64,000 bases of DNA from Macrostomum lignano (Eukaryota), in assembly GCA_002269645.1 (NCBI GenBank), contig NIVC01000033.1:795335-859334 (forward strand). Direction: 5' to 3'. The notes under the pieces were generated by a model that ran no database searches, had not been told where the DNA came from, and was given only the letters and a program-made list of their open reading frames with translations. This document shows, piece by piece, positions 24,656 to 35,600 of this stretch. Position 1 is the stretch's first letter. Every line of letters begins with the position of its first letter. Both the position numbers and the translations under genes were made by a program.

Positions 24656-27600
24656 GGCAGACAGACAGACAGAAAGACAGACAGACAGACAGGCAGACAG
24701 ACAGACAGTCAGACAGACACTATTAGACAGAGACAAGCAGGCAGACAGACACAAGCAGACAGACACAAGCAGGCAATCAAGACACAGCAGACAGACACAG
24801 GCAGGCAATCAGACACAAGCAGACAGACACAAGCAGGCAATCAGACACAAGCAGACGGGCACAGACAGACAACAAGACACAGACAGACAGACACAGACAG
24901 GCAATCAGACACAAGCAGACAGACACAGGCAGACAACAGCACCAACCGCATGTGCAGGGTCAGCAGGAGCAGCAGACGCGGCAGCACAGCCCTGGCGGTG
25001 GCCACCAGCTCAGACGGAGCAGAGGGCAGCTTGGCGGCGTTCTGCTCGCCGTGCTTGCAGCAGAAGCCCAGCGGCCGCATTACGTCGGGGTCGCCGCAGT
25101 CGCAGGCGCCGCCAGAGCTGCTCCTGAACAGGTTGAAGTCGTGGCCCTCGTGGTTGCCAGCCTGCCAGAGTTTTGCAGTATCGAGGCTGGTTTCTGTACA
25201 GTCATGTCTTTTTGAGATAGCAGCCCGAACTCTCACTCACTGAGATATGTAGCAGCCCGAACTCTCACTCACTGAGATATGTAGCAGCCCGAACTCTCAC
25301 TCACTGAGATATGTAGCAGCCCGAACTCTCACTCACTGAGATATGTAGCAGCCCGAACTCTCACTCACTGAGATAGCAGCCCGAACTCTCACTCACTGAG
25401 ATATGTAGCAGCCCGAACTCTCACTCACTGAGGTAGCAGCCCGAACTCTCACTCACTGAGGTAGCAGCCCGAACTCTCACTCACTGAGATATGTAGCAGC
25501 CCGAACTCTCACACACTGAGATATGTAGCAGCCCGAACTCTCACTCACTGAGATATGTAGCAGCCCGAACTCTCACTCACTGAGATATGTAGCAGCCCGA
25601 ACTCTCACTCACTGAGATAGCAGCCCGAACTCTCACTCACTGAGATATGTAGCAGCCCGAACTCTCACTCACTGAGATAGCAGCCCGAACTCTCACTCAC
25701 TGAGGTAGCAGCCCGAACTCTCACTCACTGAGGTAGCAGCCCGAACTCTCACTCACTGAGATATGTAGCAGCCCGAACTCTCACTCACTGAGATAGCAGC
25801 CCGAACTCTCACTCACTGAGATATGTAGCAGCCCGAACTCTCACTCACTGAGATATGTAGCAGCCCGAACTCTCACTCACTGAGATATGTAGCAGCCCGA
25901 ACTCTCACTCACTGAGATATGTAGCAGCCCGAACTCTCACTCACTGAGGTAGCAGCCCGAACTCTCACTCACTGAGGTAGCAGCCCGAACTCTCACTCAC
26001 TGAGGTAGCAGCCCGAACTCTCACTCACTGAGGTAGCAGCCCGAACTCTCACTCACTGAGGTAGCAGCCCGAACTCTCACTCACTGAGGTAGCAGCCCGA
26101 ACTCTCACTCACTGAGATATGTAGCAGCCCGAACTCTCACTCACTGAGATATGTAGCAGCCCGAACTCTCACTCACTGAGATATGTAGCAGCCCGAACTC
26201 TCACTCACTGAGATAGCAGCCCGAACTCTCACTCACTGAGATATGTAGCAGCCCGAACTCTCACTCACTGAGATAGCAGCCCGAACTCTCACTCACTGAG
26301 GTAGCAGCCCGAACTCTCACTCACTGAGGTAGCAGCCCGAACTCTCACTCACTGAGATATGTAGCAGCCCGAACTCTCACTCACTGAGATAGCAGCCCGA
26401 ACTCTCACTCACTGAGATATGTAGCAGCCCGAACTCTCACTCACTGAGATATGTAGCAGCCCGAACTCTCACTCACTGAGATATGTAGCAGCCCGAACTC
26501 TCACTCACTGAGATATGTAGCAGCCCGAACTCTCACTCACTGAGATATGTAGCAGCCCGAACTCTCACTCACTGAGGTAGCAGCCCGAACTCTCACTCAC
26601 TGAGGTAGCAGCCCGAACTCTCACTCACTGAGGTAGCAGCCCGAACTCTCACTCACTGAGGTAGCAGCCCGAACTCTCACTCACTGAGATATGTAGCAGC
26701 CCGAACTCTCACTCACTGAGATATGTAGCAGCCCGAACTCTCACTCACTGAGATATGTAGCAGCCCGAACTCTCACTCACTGAGATAGCAGCCCGAACTC
26801 TCACTCACTGAGATATGTAGCAGCCCGAACTCTCACTCACTGAGATAGCAGCCCGAACTCTCACTCACTGAGGTAGCAGCCCGAACTCTCACTCACTGAG
26901 GTAGCAGCCCGAACTCTCACTCACTGAGATATGTAGCAGCCCGAACTCTCACTCACTGAGATAGCAGCCCGAACTCTCACTCACTGAGATATGTAGCAGC
27001 CCGAACTCTCACTCACTGAGATATGTAGCAGCCCGAACTCTCACTCACTGAGATATGTAGCAGCCCGAACTCTCACTCACTGAGATATGTAGCAGCCCGA
27101 ACTCTCACTCACTGAGATATGTAGCAGCCCGAACTCTCACTCACTGAGGTAGCAGCCCGAACTCTCACTCACTGAGGTAGCAGCCCGAACTCTCACTCAC
27201 TGAGGTAGCAGCCCGAACTCTCACTCACTGAGATATGTAGCAGCCCGAACTCTCACTCACTGAGATATGTAGCAGCCCGAACTCTCACTCACTGAGATAG
27301 CAGCCCGAACTCTCACTCACTGAGATAGCAGCCCGAACTCTCACTCACTGAGATATGTAGCAGCCTGAACTCTCACTCACTGAGGTAGCAGCCCGAACTC
27401 TCACTCACTGAGATAGCAGCCCGAACTCTCACCCTTGATATTAAAAAAAGTCATCAATCAAACCTTGAAACAATCCTCGCACAAGGACAAGCATTGAGAA
27501 ATGGCACAGGTGCGACACCTGTATGCATAATAGTTTTTAGTCCAGACCAGGCCACAGGTGACTGAGTTATCAAAATGGCAAACTAAAACATAAGAAAGCA

Positions 27601-28500
27601 AGGATATTTAGAAGTAATATAATTTAGCTTTAAATAACAATATTAACAGTCAATACATTATTTTATTTTTAGTGATATCAGATTTTGAGACAATATCTAT
27701 GGACCTACTAGAGCCAAAGTATTGGACTTCTTTTAGTTATTTATAGATAAAACCAAAAATTTACAATATTTTTATTTTATATAAACAGGGAATTCTATGC
27801 TAAATACAACTAAATTGGCCACATAATGAGTCTATATATATGTGCAAGTACAAATATTTATTAAAACGATTGCATAGTCTAGATAGCTAGATAACAAATG
27901 CTATACCTAGTTAACTATATATTAAAAAATAAATTAAAAATTGAAATTATCAATTAAAAATGAGTTATGTATAGATCCATATATTATTGATTTTAATACA
28001 GATAGCTCAACCAGTTTTCTTCAAACTTAAACTAGCTATAAATTAATGTTTTAGAAGACTAACATAAGAAAAGAATATCTGGATAACTTTACAAACATTT
28101 TTCTAGAGTATAAAATTTATCTAGAAAATAAATAAAATAAAATAAAAACTAAAAGTAAAACAACAATTTAAAAAAGAGCAATAATTATTAAAAATAGATA
28201 ACATAAAAACGAGTGTAATAATAAGTTTTCTAAAAATTAAGGGCAACTTTCAAAAGTAAAATTTTCAGCTTGTAATAAATTACCTGATGATGAATAACTT
28301 TCCCAAGATGGATGCTTCGCAGAAAGAAGTGCCAGTATTGCTTCTACACTTTTTGAAACATTTGAACCTTGATCTGCATTGATATCTAAAAGACTCAATG
28401 GCAGCACTTTGTCAAGGATCTTTTCAAGTGTTAAAGAGTCAGGTTGATTAACCGCAACATCATAAAAAGTGTCAATAGTGGCACTATCAATGAGTGCCAT
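12239..28500 (-). CDS. UBR3: E3 ubiquitin-protein ligase UBR3-like (N-recognin family), 15 coding exons, ~1768 aa if the exon 14 frameshift is corrected
   Basis: Exons: 28284-28500, 27464-27582, 24947-25161, 24243-24532, 23120-23548, 21164-21387, 20169-20564, 19424-19610, 18108-18745, 17217-17339, 16406-16724, 15012-16040, 14220-14476, 13069-13813, 12239-12356. All GT-AG and phase-consistent except exon 14 (745 nt, 1-bp deletion near 13303). Motifs: UBR box ([51 protein letters not shown]), [39 protein letters not shown]2 ([20 protein letters not shown]), C-terminal RGKPLYL. Confidence 0.93.
12478..13020. repeat. AGGTCA-N-TGACC palindrome minisatellite in UBR3 intron 14
   Basis: Same unit as 5335-6190. 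Confidence 0.9.
14715..14995. repeat. irregular GACACAG-rich minisatellite, UBR3 intron 12
   Basis: Repeats of GACACAGCGG(CGG)ACACAA. Confidence 0.8.
16090..16392. repeat. 21 bp minisatellite (GGATGTCGGAGTTGGGAAACC), UBR3 intron 11
   Basis: Tandem array. Confidence 0.9.
16850..17216. repeat. ~20 bp degenerate minisatellite (TCTAATCTCACCCTCTCCA), UBR3 intron 10
   Basis: Sense strand reads repeated GTGAGATT, starting at the real donor. Confidence 0.85.
17570..18026. repeat. 17 bp minisatellite (GTCGGGATTCGGGATAA), UBR3 intron 9
   Basis: Tandem array. Confidence 0.9.
18898..19400 (+). repeat. 28 bp minisatellite (CAGTTGCTGGGCCAGCCTCCCAGATCCT), UBR3 intron 8
   Basis: Tandem array; inverted relative of 20620-21104. 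Confidence 0.95.
19665..20100. repeat. ~24-26 bp G-run minisatellite (GGGGGGAGCTTGTCAGGTGAGGTGT), UBR3 intron 7
   Basis: Tandem array with a variable-length G tract. Confidence 0.9.
20620..21104 (-). repeat. 28 bp minisatellite (plus strand CTGGGAGGCTGGCCCAGCAACTGACACT), UBR3 intron 6
   Basis: Reverse complement shares 23 of 28 nt with the intron 8 unit. Confidence 0.95.
21432..23100. repeat. 20 bp minisatellite (ACCAGAACACTGAGGCAATG), UBR3 intron 5, ~83 units
   Basis: Highly homogeneous tandem array. Confidence 0.97.
23690..24175. repeat. ~28 bp minisatellite (AGGCAAAAGACACAATCTGACAGACACA), UBR3 intron 4
   Basis: Tandem array. Confidence 0.9.
24598..24935. repeat. (GACA)n microsatellite and derivatives, UBR3 intron 3
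   Basis: Visible tetranucleotide repeat. Confidence 0.9.
25212..27432. repeat. 28/32 bp minisatellite (ATATGTAGCAGCCCGAACTCTCACTCACTGAG and shorter variants), UBR3 intron 2, ~73 units
   Basis: Tandem array with three length/sequence variants. Confidence 0.97.
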
Positions 28501-29631
28501 CCTGCCCTAGCCAATGACAGTGACAATGTGACAAAATTTTGCTTTAGATGAAAATATTCTACATACGTTGCGCTGACTAATTACTACAAAAATTTATAGA
28601 CTCGACGAAAAAATCCTGAGTTTAATAAGATTGACATTAGCTAAGCGATGCACTTAAAGTTAAATGACAGGGGTGCACCGTGCATGATGCATCTGCCGTT
28701 TTCTCACATTGAAACGAAATATCATCGTGTTTTGTGGATTGAAATTTATAAAAAAATTGCCCAAGCTTTAATTTGAAAAGAGCGATGTTTGATATTTTAA
28801 AGAGTACATAGCTGAAAAATAAATACAAATCTTAATACAATGTAAAAATTTTAGTTCACAAGTGTAATTTTTATTTCTGTTTCTAGGGATATTATAATGT
28901 TAAATTCTAAACTATCCCTACCCATGACTTTAGTTTTAAAGCTACTTATTTTTTAAAAAGTAATATTTTTAAGGTATTAATGTAGCGGCTGTGAAATGAA
29001 AAAGGTAGAGCTAGGCGGTGGTTCGCCCTTGTTTGCTTCTTTGTTTGGCACTTGAGTTTCTCGAATATCCAAAGAGGCTTGGAGCAGATGCTGGTTTAGC
29101 TACTGTATATTTATACTATAATTTGTCCTTCCGGAAATTTCTAGAATCATTTTAGTGCGGTAAAACAAACTGTATAGTAAGTATCGTACGTACGGTATTC
29201 ATATTTTGTATGATGATGAATTACAGTAAATAAATAATTATTGAGTAGAAATATTTACTATGAGATTACAAATAGCTAGATAAAGAATTTTCTAGAATTT
29301 AACTCGTACTGTTTTGCAGAAATTTCTGGAAGTAAACATCATACGGTATAGAACTTTCGCGAAGGTCACTACATTAAATCTGAAGATGCGAAATAAATTT
29401 TCTATTAAAAGTTTTAAAATAAAGTGTTTTTGTTTCATCATGTTTAATGTTATGAAACATTTTAACGCTACAACTTTCTAAGAAATATCTAGGAAAATGT
29501 AAATGTAGTTTTGTCGAGATTATATGCACCTGTAGCTTAAAAGTCTTCAGTCTTAGTTCTAATGTGTCATTAAAATGTTTTTTAGCATAAATCTTTATTA
29601 GATTCTTTTTTGTATTTAAATCATATTTAAA
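28501..29631. promoter_or_regulatory. probable bidirectional promoter region between the divergent UBR3 and ANKFY1 start codons
   Basis: 1131 bp AT-rich gap between ATG at 28500 (minus) and ATG at 29632 (plus). TSS not determinable from sequence. Confidence 0.55.
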
Positions 29632-32600
29632 ATGGATAATATTGCGACTAATTCTAATTCTAATAATGGTAAGTTCTATCACAACCTTTCGTAATTGAAT
29701 CCGGATTCTGAGGATAAAGACCCGGGAGGCGGGCGGAGGGGTGGCTTTGTTTTGGCGAAGATTCGCTTGGTCCCCCCTTTGATTTTTTCGGTCTACGCCT
29801 AAAAGGGGGGCGACCGCCCCCCTCCCCACCCCTAGTTGGCCACTGCGTGTGCCTGATACATATCTGCTCCAATCGTCCAAGGTTGAGGGGCTTAGTGGGC
29901 TGGAATCTAGTAGTAGGACTGGAGTTCTTATTTTTGTGTTTTTTTATTACAAAACTTTAGTTTGAAAACCTTTTTAATATAAAATGAGATAAAATTTTTA
30001 AATATTATACTATAATAAATTTTGGAATGTGTACTAGTGTAGTAAACATCAAAGTATTACTTATAAAAAATAAGCAACCCTAAATATAACTTTATACAAC
30101 CTACAAAACCTTAAAAAACCAAAACCTATGCTGTTTCCAAAACTTCCTTTCTGGAACCTTTAGGTTTCCAATAGAATAAATGTTTTAATTGTATAAACAA
30201 ATTAGGCTAAATGTATTATAAAAAACTGTAGTTCTTATATGATTATATTGTATGGTTGCATATCAAGTACAGGCTCATACAATTGGCTTTTTAGCGCCTT
30301 TTCAACTTAAAGCAATTTCTTTAGCTATAAAGTACATTTTCAATTAAAATGAATTTTTAATTTATCCTTTTTCAGAAACCAAGAAGCTGCAGACTCATTT
30401 AAAGCTTCTTCGAGAAGAATTTCTAACCTTGCATCAGAAGCACAACAAACTGAAGCAACAGTATGATGCCCTGCTAGCTGAAAATACACTTAGTTCTGGC
30501 ACCAGTTCCAGCTCAAGCACTGGCAATACATTTGTCTCTAATCTACTTTCAGTTGTTGGGAAAATGTGCTTCAAGTCCAAATATAGGTATGTTGTTTCAA
30601 AATCTTTAAAGTGTAATAAAGTATAAAACTAAATCTTGTAGTGTCTAAATTTAAATTTGAAACTGTATTCACACATAGGGTGTTATATTGGAGAAGAACT
30701 GAATTCTAAAGTTGAAAAAATCATAGTTTAATACCAACCTGCCATCCTGTGCAGCGACATTGTGTTCCAACTGGCCGATGACAGCTCCATCCCTGGTCAT
30801 CGCTTTGTCCTACAAGCCCGCCAGAGCCAGTGGGGCGCCCCAGATGGCCTGGACTCCGCTGTAGACATCGACCTCTCCGACTTGCCTGTGGACGTGTCCC
30901 ACACGCTGGTCTCGTGGGCCTACACCGACCTGGCCGACCTGACTGGCAGAGATGAAGAATTTTGCCTGTCTCTGCTTGGAGCCGCTTCCAAATTCGGCTT
31001 GCCCGGCCTTGTGGAGGCCTGCGAGCGGGCGCTGGTGCCAGTGGCCTGCGTGGCCAACTGCATCCGGCTGTACATGCTGGCCGACGAGCTCAAGGCGGCA
31101 GCGCTGAAGGCCCACTGCAGCGCCATCATCTCCGAGCACTGGGTGCGTAGCGGTGGCATCAACCTGCTTTGCTTGAGCAGCGTTTGCTCTTGTCCGTTTT
31201 GAAGTTTGAATCTCTGTCGTTTCATGGATTTCCTTTGCTCGAGTGGGGATTTACTGTATCCATTTAGGGTTTTCCCATGTCTGTTTGGGGACGTCACTTG
31301 TGCTTTAGGGATTTCCCTTCTCCGTTTCCTTTTTCAAAGATTCCCCCTCTCCGTTTAGGGATTCCCCCTCTCCGTTTAGGGATTCCCCTTCTCCGTTTAG
31401 GGATTCCCCCTCTCCGTTTAGGGATTCCCCTTCTCCGTTTAGGGATTCCCCTTCTCCGTTTAGGGATTCCACTTCTCCGTTTAGGGATTCCCCTTCTCCG
31501 TTTAGGGATTCCTCTTCTCCGTTTAGGGATTCCTCTTCTCCATTTAGGGATTCCCCCTCTCCGTTTAGGGATTCCTCCTCTCCGTTTAGGGATTCCCCTT
31601 CTCCGTTTAGGGATTCCACTTCTCCGTTTAGGGATTCCCCTTCTCCGTTTAGGGATTCCTCTTCTCCATTTAGGGATTCCCTTCTCCGTTTAGGGATTCC
31701 TCCTCTCCGTTTAGGGATTACCCTTCTCCGTTTAGGGATTCCCCTTCTCCGTTTAGGGATTCCTCTTCTCCATTTAGGGATTCCCCCTCTCCGTTTAGGG
31801 ATTCCCCCTCTCCGTTTAGGGATTCCCCCTCTCCGTTTAGGGATTCCCCTTCTCCGTTTAGGGATTCCACTTCTCCGTTTAGGGATTCCACTTCTCCGTT
31901 TAGGGATTCCTCTTCTCCATTTAGGGATTCCCCTCTCCGTTTAGGGATTCCCCCTCTCCGTTTAGGGATTCCTCCTCTCCGTTTAGGGATTACCCTTCTC
32001 CGTTTAGGGATTCCCCTTCTCCGTTTAGGGATCCCTCTTCTCCATTTAGGGATTCCCCCTCTCCGTTTAGGGATTCCCCTTCTCCGTTTAGGGATCCCCC
32101 TTCTTCGTTTAGGGATTCCCAATGTCTGAGGACTTATATGCAAGGAAATTTAGAATGTGTACCGATTTAGAAAATATATATATTTATATGCAATAATCGC
32201 TCAATACAGTTTCTATGCTAGCCCTGTGACCTGACGATCCCAATACTGCATTCCATATTTCAGTTCAGCAACAGCTTCAATGTAAGCCAAGCTTTAGTCT
32301 GACTCGACGTCTGATATGAAGTCAGCTGCGTGTTTTTGCTTTAAAGCTTTAAGTGTTGTGGTCCGCGTTGTGTACTTTGCCAGTCATCTCAGCTTAGTTA
32401 GTACCTGTTGTTTGCTTGCAACAGTTGATAAATTATAATTTAAGATACTGGCTACTTACACAGTAGTATTCGGTATCAGAATTATGGTTTTTCGATTCAC
32501 TCATCTATCAATTTACTGACCATTTTGTTACTTATCACTGTTGACAGCACTTCATGTTGCGACAAAATTTTTATTGTGTAATATTTCCCGCCTACTTAAC

Positions 32601-35600
32601 TTCCTTAGAAATTTGATGAGGTAAGAATTTGGAATGCACTGTTAGAAACCGATGTTTTGGATATTGAATTATTGTTTTTTTAGATTTTGAATTCCTTCCT
32701 TTCTACTAAATTTATAGTTCATTTGTTCGCATTATCAGGGATTTTGTTTTTCTCAAAATGTGCGCTCGAGAATGTCAGCCCATTTCCTCCTTTAGTAGTG
32801 GTTTTAGAAAATTTTGTATTATAATTGAGTTATATGCTTGGCTACTGCAGTGTGCATCTCTATTAATAAGCAAATCCGATGTACTGCTTATTCTACATTA
32901 ACGGTGATAAGCAAGCCCCATCAGACCCCCATTCTACATTAACGGTGATAAGCGAACCCCATCAGACCCCCAATGTACATTAACGGTGATAAGCAAGCCC
33001 CATCATACCCCCATTGTACATTAACGGTGATAAGCGAACCCCATCAGACCCCCATTGTACATTAACGGTGATAAGCAAGCCCCATCAGACCCCCTTTGTA
33101 CATTAACGGTAATAAGCAAGCCCCATCAGACCCCCATTCTACATTAACGGTGATAAGCGAACCCCATCAGACCCCCAATGTACATTAACGGTGATAAGCA
33201 AGCCCCATCAGACCCCCATTGTACATTAACGGTGATAAGCGAACCCCATCAGACCCCCATTGTACATTAACGGTGATAAGCGAACCCCATCAGACCCCCA
33301 TTGTACATTAACGGTGATAAGCGAACCCCATCAGACCCCCAATGTACATTAACGGTGATAAGCAAGCCCCATCAGACCCCCAATGTACATTAACGGTGAT
33401 AAGCAAGCCCCATCAGACCCCCATTGTACATTAACGGTGATAAGCGAACCCCATCAGACCCCCATTGTACATTAACGGTGATAAGCAAGCCCCATCAGAC
33501 CCCCAATGTACATTAACGGTAATAAGCAAGCCCCATCAGACCCCCATTGTACATTAACGGTAATAAGCAAGCCCCATCAGACCCCCATTGTACATTAACG
33601 GTGATAAGCAAGCCCCATCAGACCCCCATTGTACATTAACGGTAATAAGCAAGCCCCATCAGACCCCCATTGTACATTAACGGTGATAAGCAAGCCCCAT
33701 CAGACCCCCTTTGTACATTAACGGTAATAAGCAAGCCCCATCAGACCCCCTTTGTACATTAACGGTGATAAGCAAGCCCCATCAGACCCCCTTTGTACAT
33801 TAACGGTGATAAGCAAGCCCCATCAGACCCCCTTTGTACATTAACAGAGATAAGCAAGCCCCATCAGACCCCCTTTGTACATTAACGGTGATAAGCGAAC
33901 CCCATCAGACCCCCATTGTACATTAACGGTGATAAGCGAACCCCATCAGACCCCCAATGTACATTAACGGTGATAAGCAAGCCCCATCAGACCCCCAATG
34001 TACATTAACGGTGATAAGCAAGCCCCATCAGACCCCCAATGTACATTAACGGTAATAAGCAAGCCCCATCAGACCCCCATTGTACATTAACGGTAATAAG
34101 CAAGCCCCATCAGACCCCCATTGTACATTAACGGTGATAAGCAAGCCCCATCAGACCCCCTTTGTACATTAACGGTAATAAGCAAGCCCCATCAGACCCC
34201 CTTTGTACATTAACGGTGATAAGCAAGCCCCATCAGACCCCCTTTGTACATTAACAGAGATAAGCAAGCCCCATCAGACCCCCATTCTACATTAACGGTG
34301 ATAAGCGAACCCCATCAGACCCCCAATGTACATTAACGGTGATAAGCAAGCCCCATCAGACCCCCATTGTACATTAACGGTGATAAGCGAACCCCATCAG
34401 ACCCCCATTGTACATTAACGGTGATAAGCAAGCCCCATCAGACCCCCTTTGTACATTAACGGTAATAAGCAAGCCCCATCAGACCCCCATTCTACATTAA
34501 CGGTGATAAGCGAACCCCATCAGACCCCCAATGTACATTAACGGTGATAAGCAAGCCCCATCAGACCCCCATTGTACATTAACGGTGATAAGCGAACCCC
34601 ATCAGACCCCCATTGTACATTAACGGTGATAAGCGAACCCCATCAGACCCCCATTGTACATTAACGGTGATAAGCGAACCCCATCAGACCCCCAATGTAC
34701 ATTAACGGTGATAAGCAAGCCCCATCAGACCCCCAATGTACATTAACGGTGATAAGCAAGCCCCATCAGACCCCCAATGTACATTAACGGTAATAAGCAA
34801 GCCCCATCAGACCCCCATTGTACATTAACGGTGATAAGCAAGCCCCATCAGACCCCCATTGTACATTAACGGTAATAAGCAAGCCCCATCAGACCCCCAT
34901 TGTACATTAACGGTAATAAGCAAGCCCCATCAGACCCCCATTGTACATTAACGGTGATAAGCAAGCCCCATCAGACCCCCTTTGTACATTAACGGTAATA
35001 AGCAAGCCCCATCAGACCCCCATTGTACATTAACGGTGATAAGCGAACCCCATCAGACCCCCATTGTACATTAACGGTGATAAGCGAACCCCATTAGACC
35101 CCCAATGTACATTAACGGTGATAAGCAAGCCCCATCAGACCCCCAATGTACATTAACGGTGATAAGCAAGCCCCATCAGACCCCCAATGTACATTAACGG
35201 TAATAAGCAAGCCCCATCAGACCCCCATTGTACATTAACGGTGATAAGCAAGCCCCATCAGACCCCCATTGTACATTAACGGTAATAAGCAAGCCCCATC
35301 AGACCCCCTTTGTACATTAACGGTAATAAGCAAGCCCCATCAGCCCCCTTTGTACATTAACGGTGATAAGCAAGCCCCATCAGACCCCCTTTGTACATTA
35401 ACAGAGATAAGCAAGCCCCATCAGACCCCCTTTGTACATTAACAGAGATAAGCAAGCCCCATCAGACCCCCATTGTACATTAACGGTGATAAGCGAACCC
35501 TATCAGACCCCCATTGTACATTAACGGTGATAAGCGAACCCTATCAGACCCTCATTGTACATTAACGGTGATAAGCGAACCCTATCAGACCCCCATTGTA

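Noticed and set aside
29374-29880. 168 aa minus-strand ORF in the promoter region
   Set aside because: Low-complexity AT-rich translation antisense to ANKFY1 exon 1/intron 1 with no domain signal.
31308-32120. GGGATTCCCC NF-kB-like sites in the 21-mer array (and AATTCCCC in the 47 kb array)
   Set aside because: Short motif, no evidence that the host has or uses NF-kB here; cannot be distinguished from chance.
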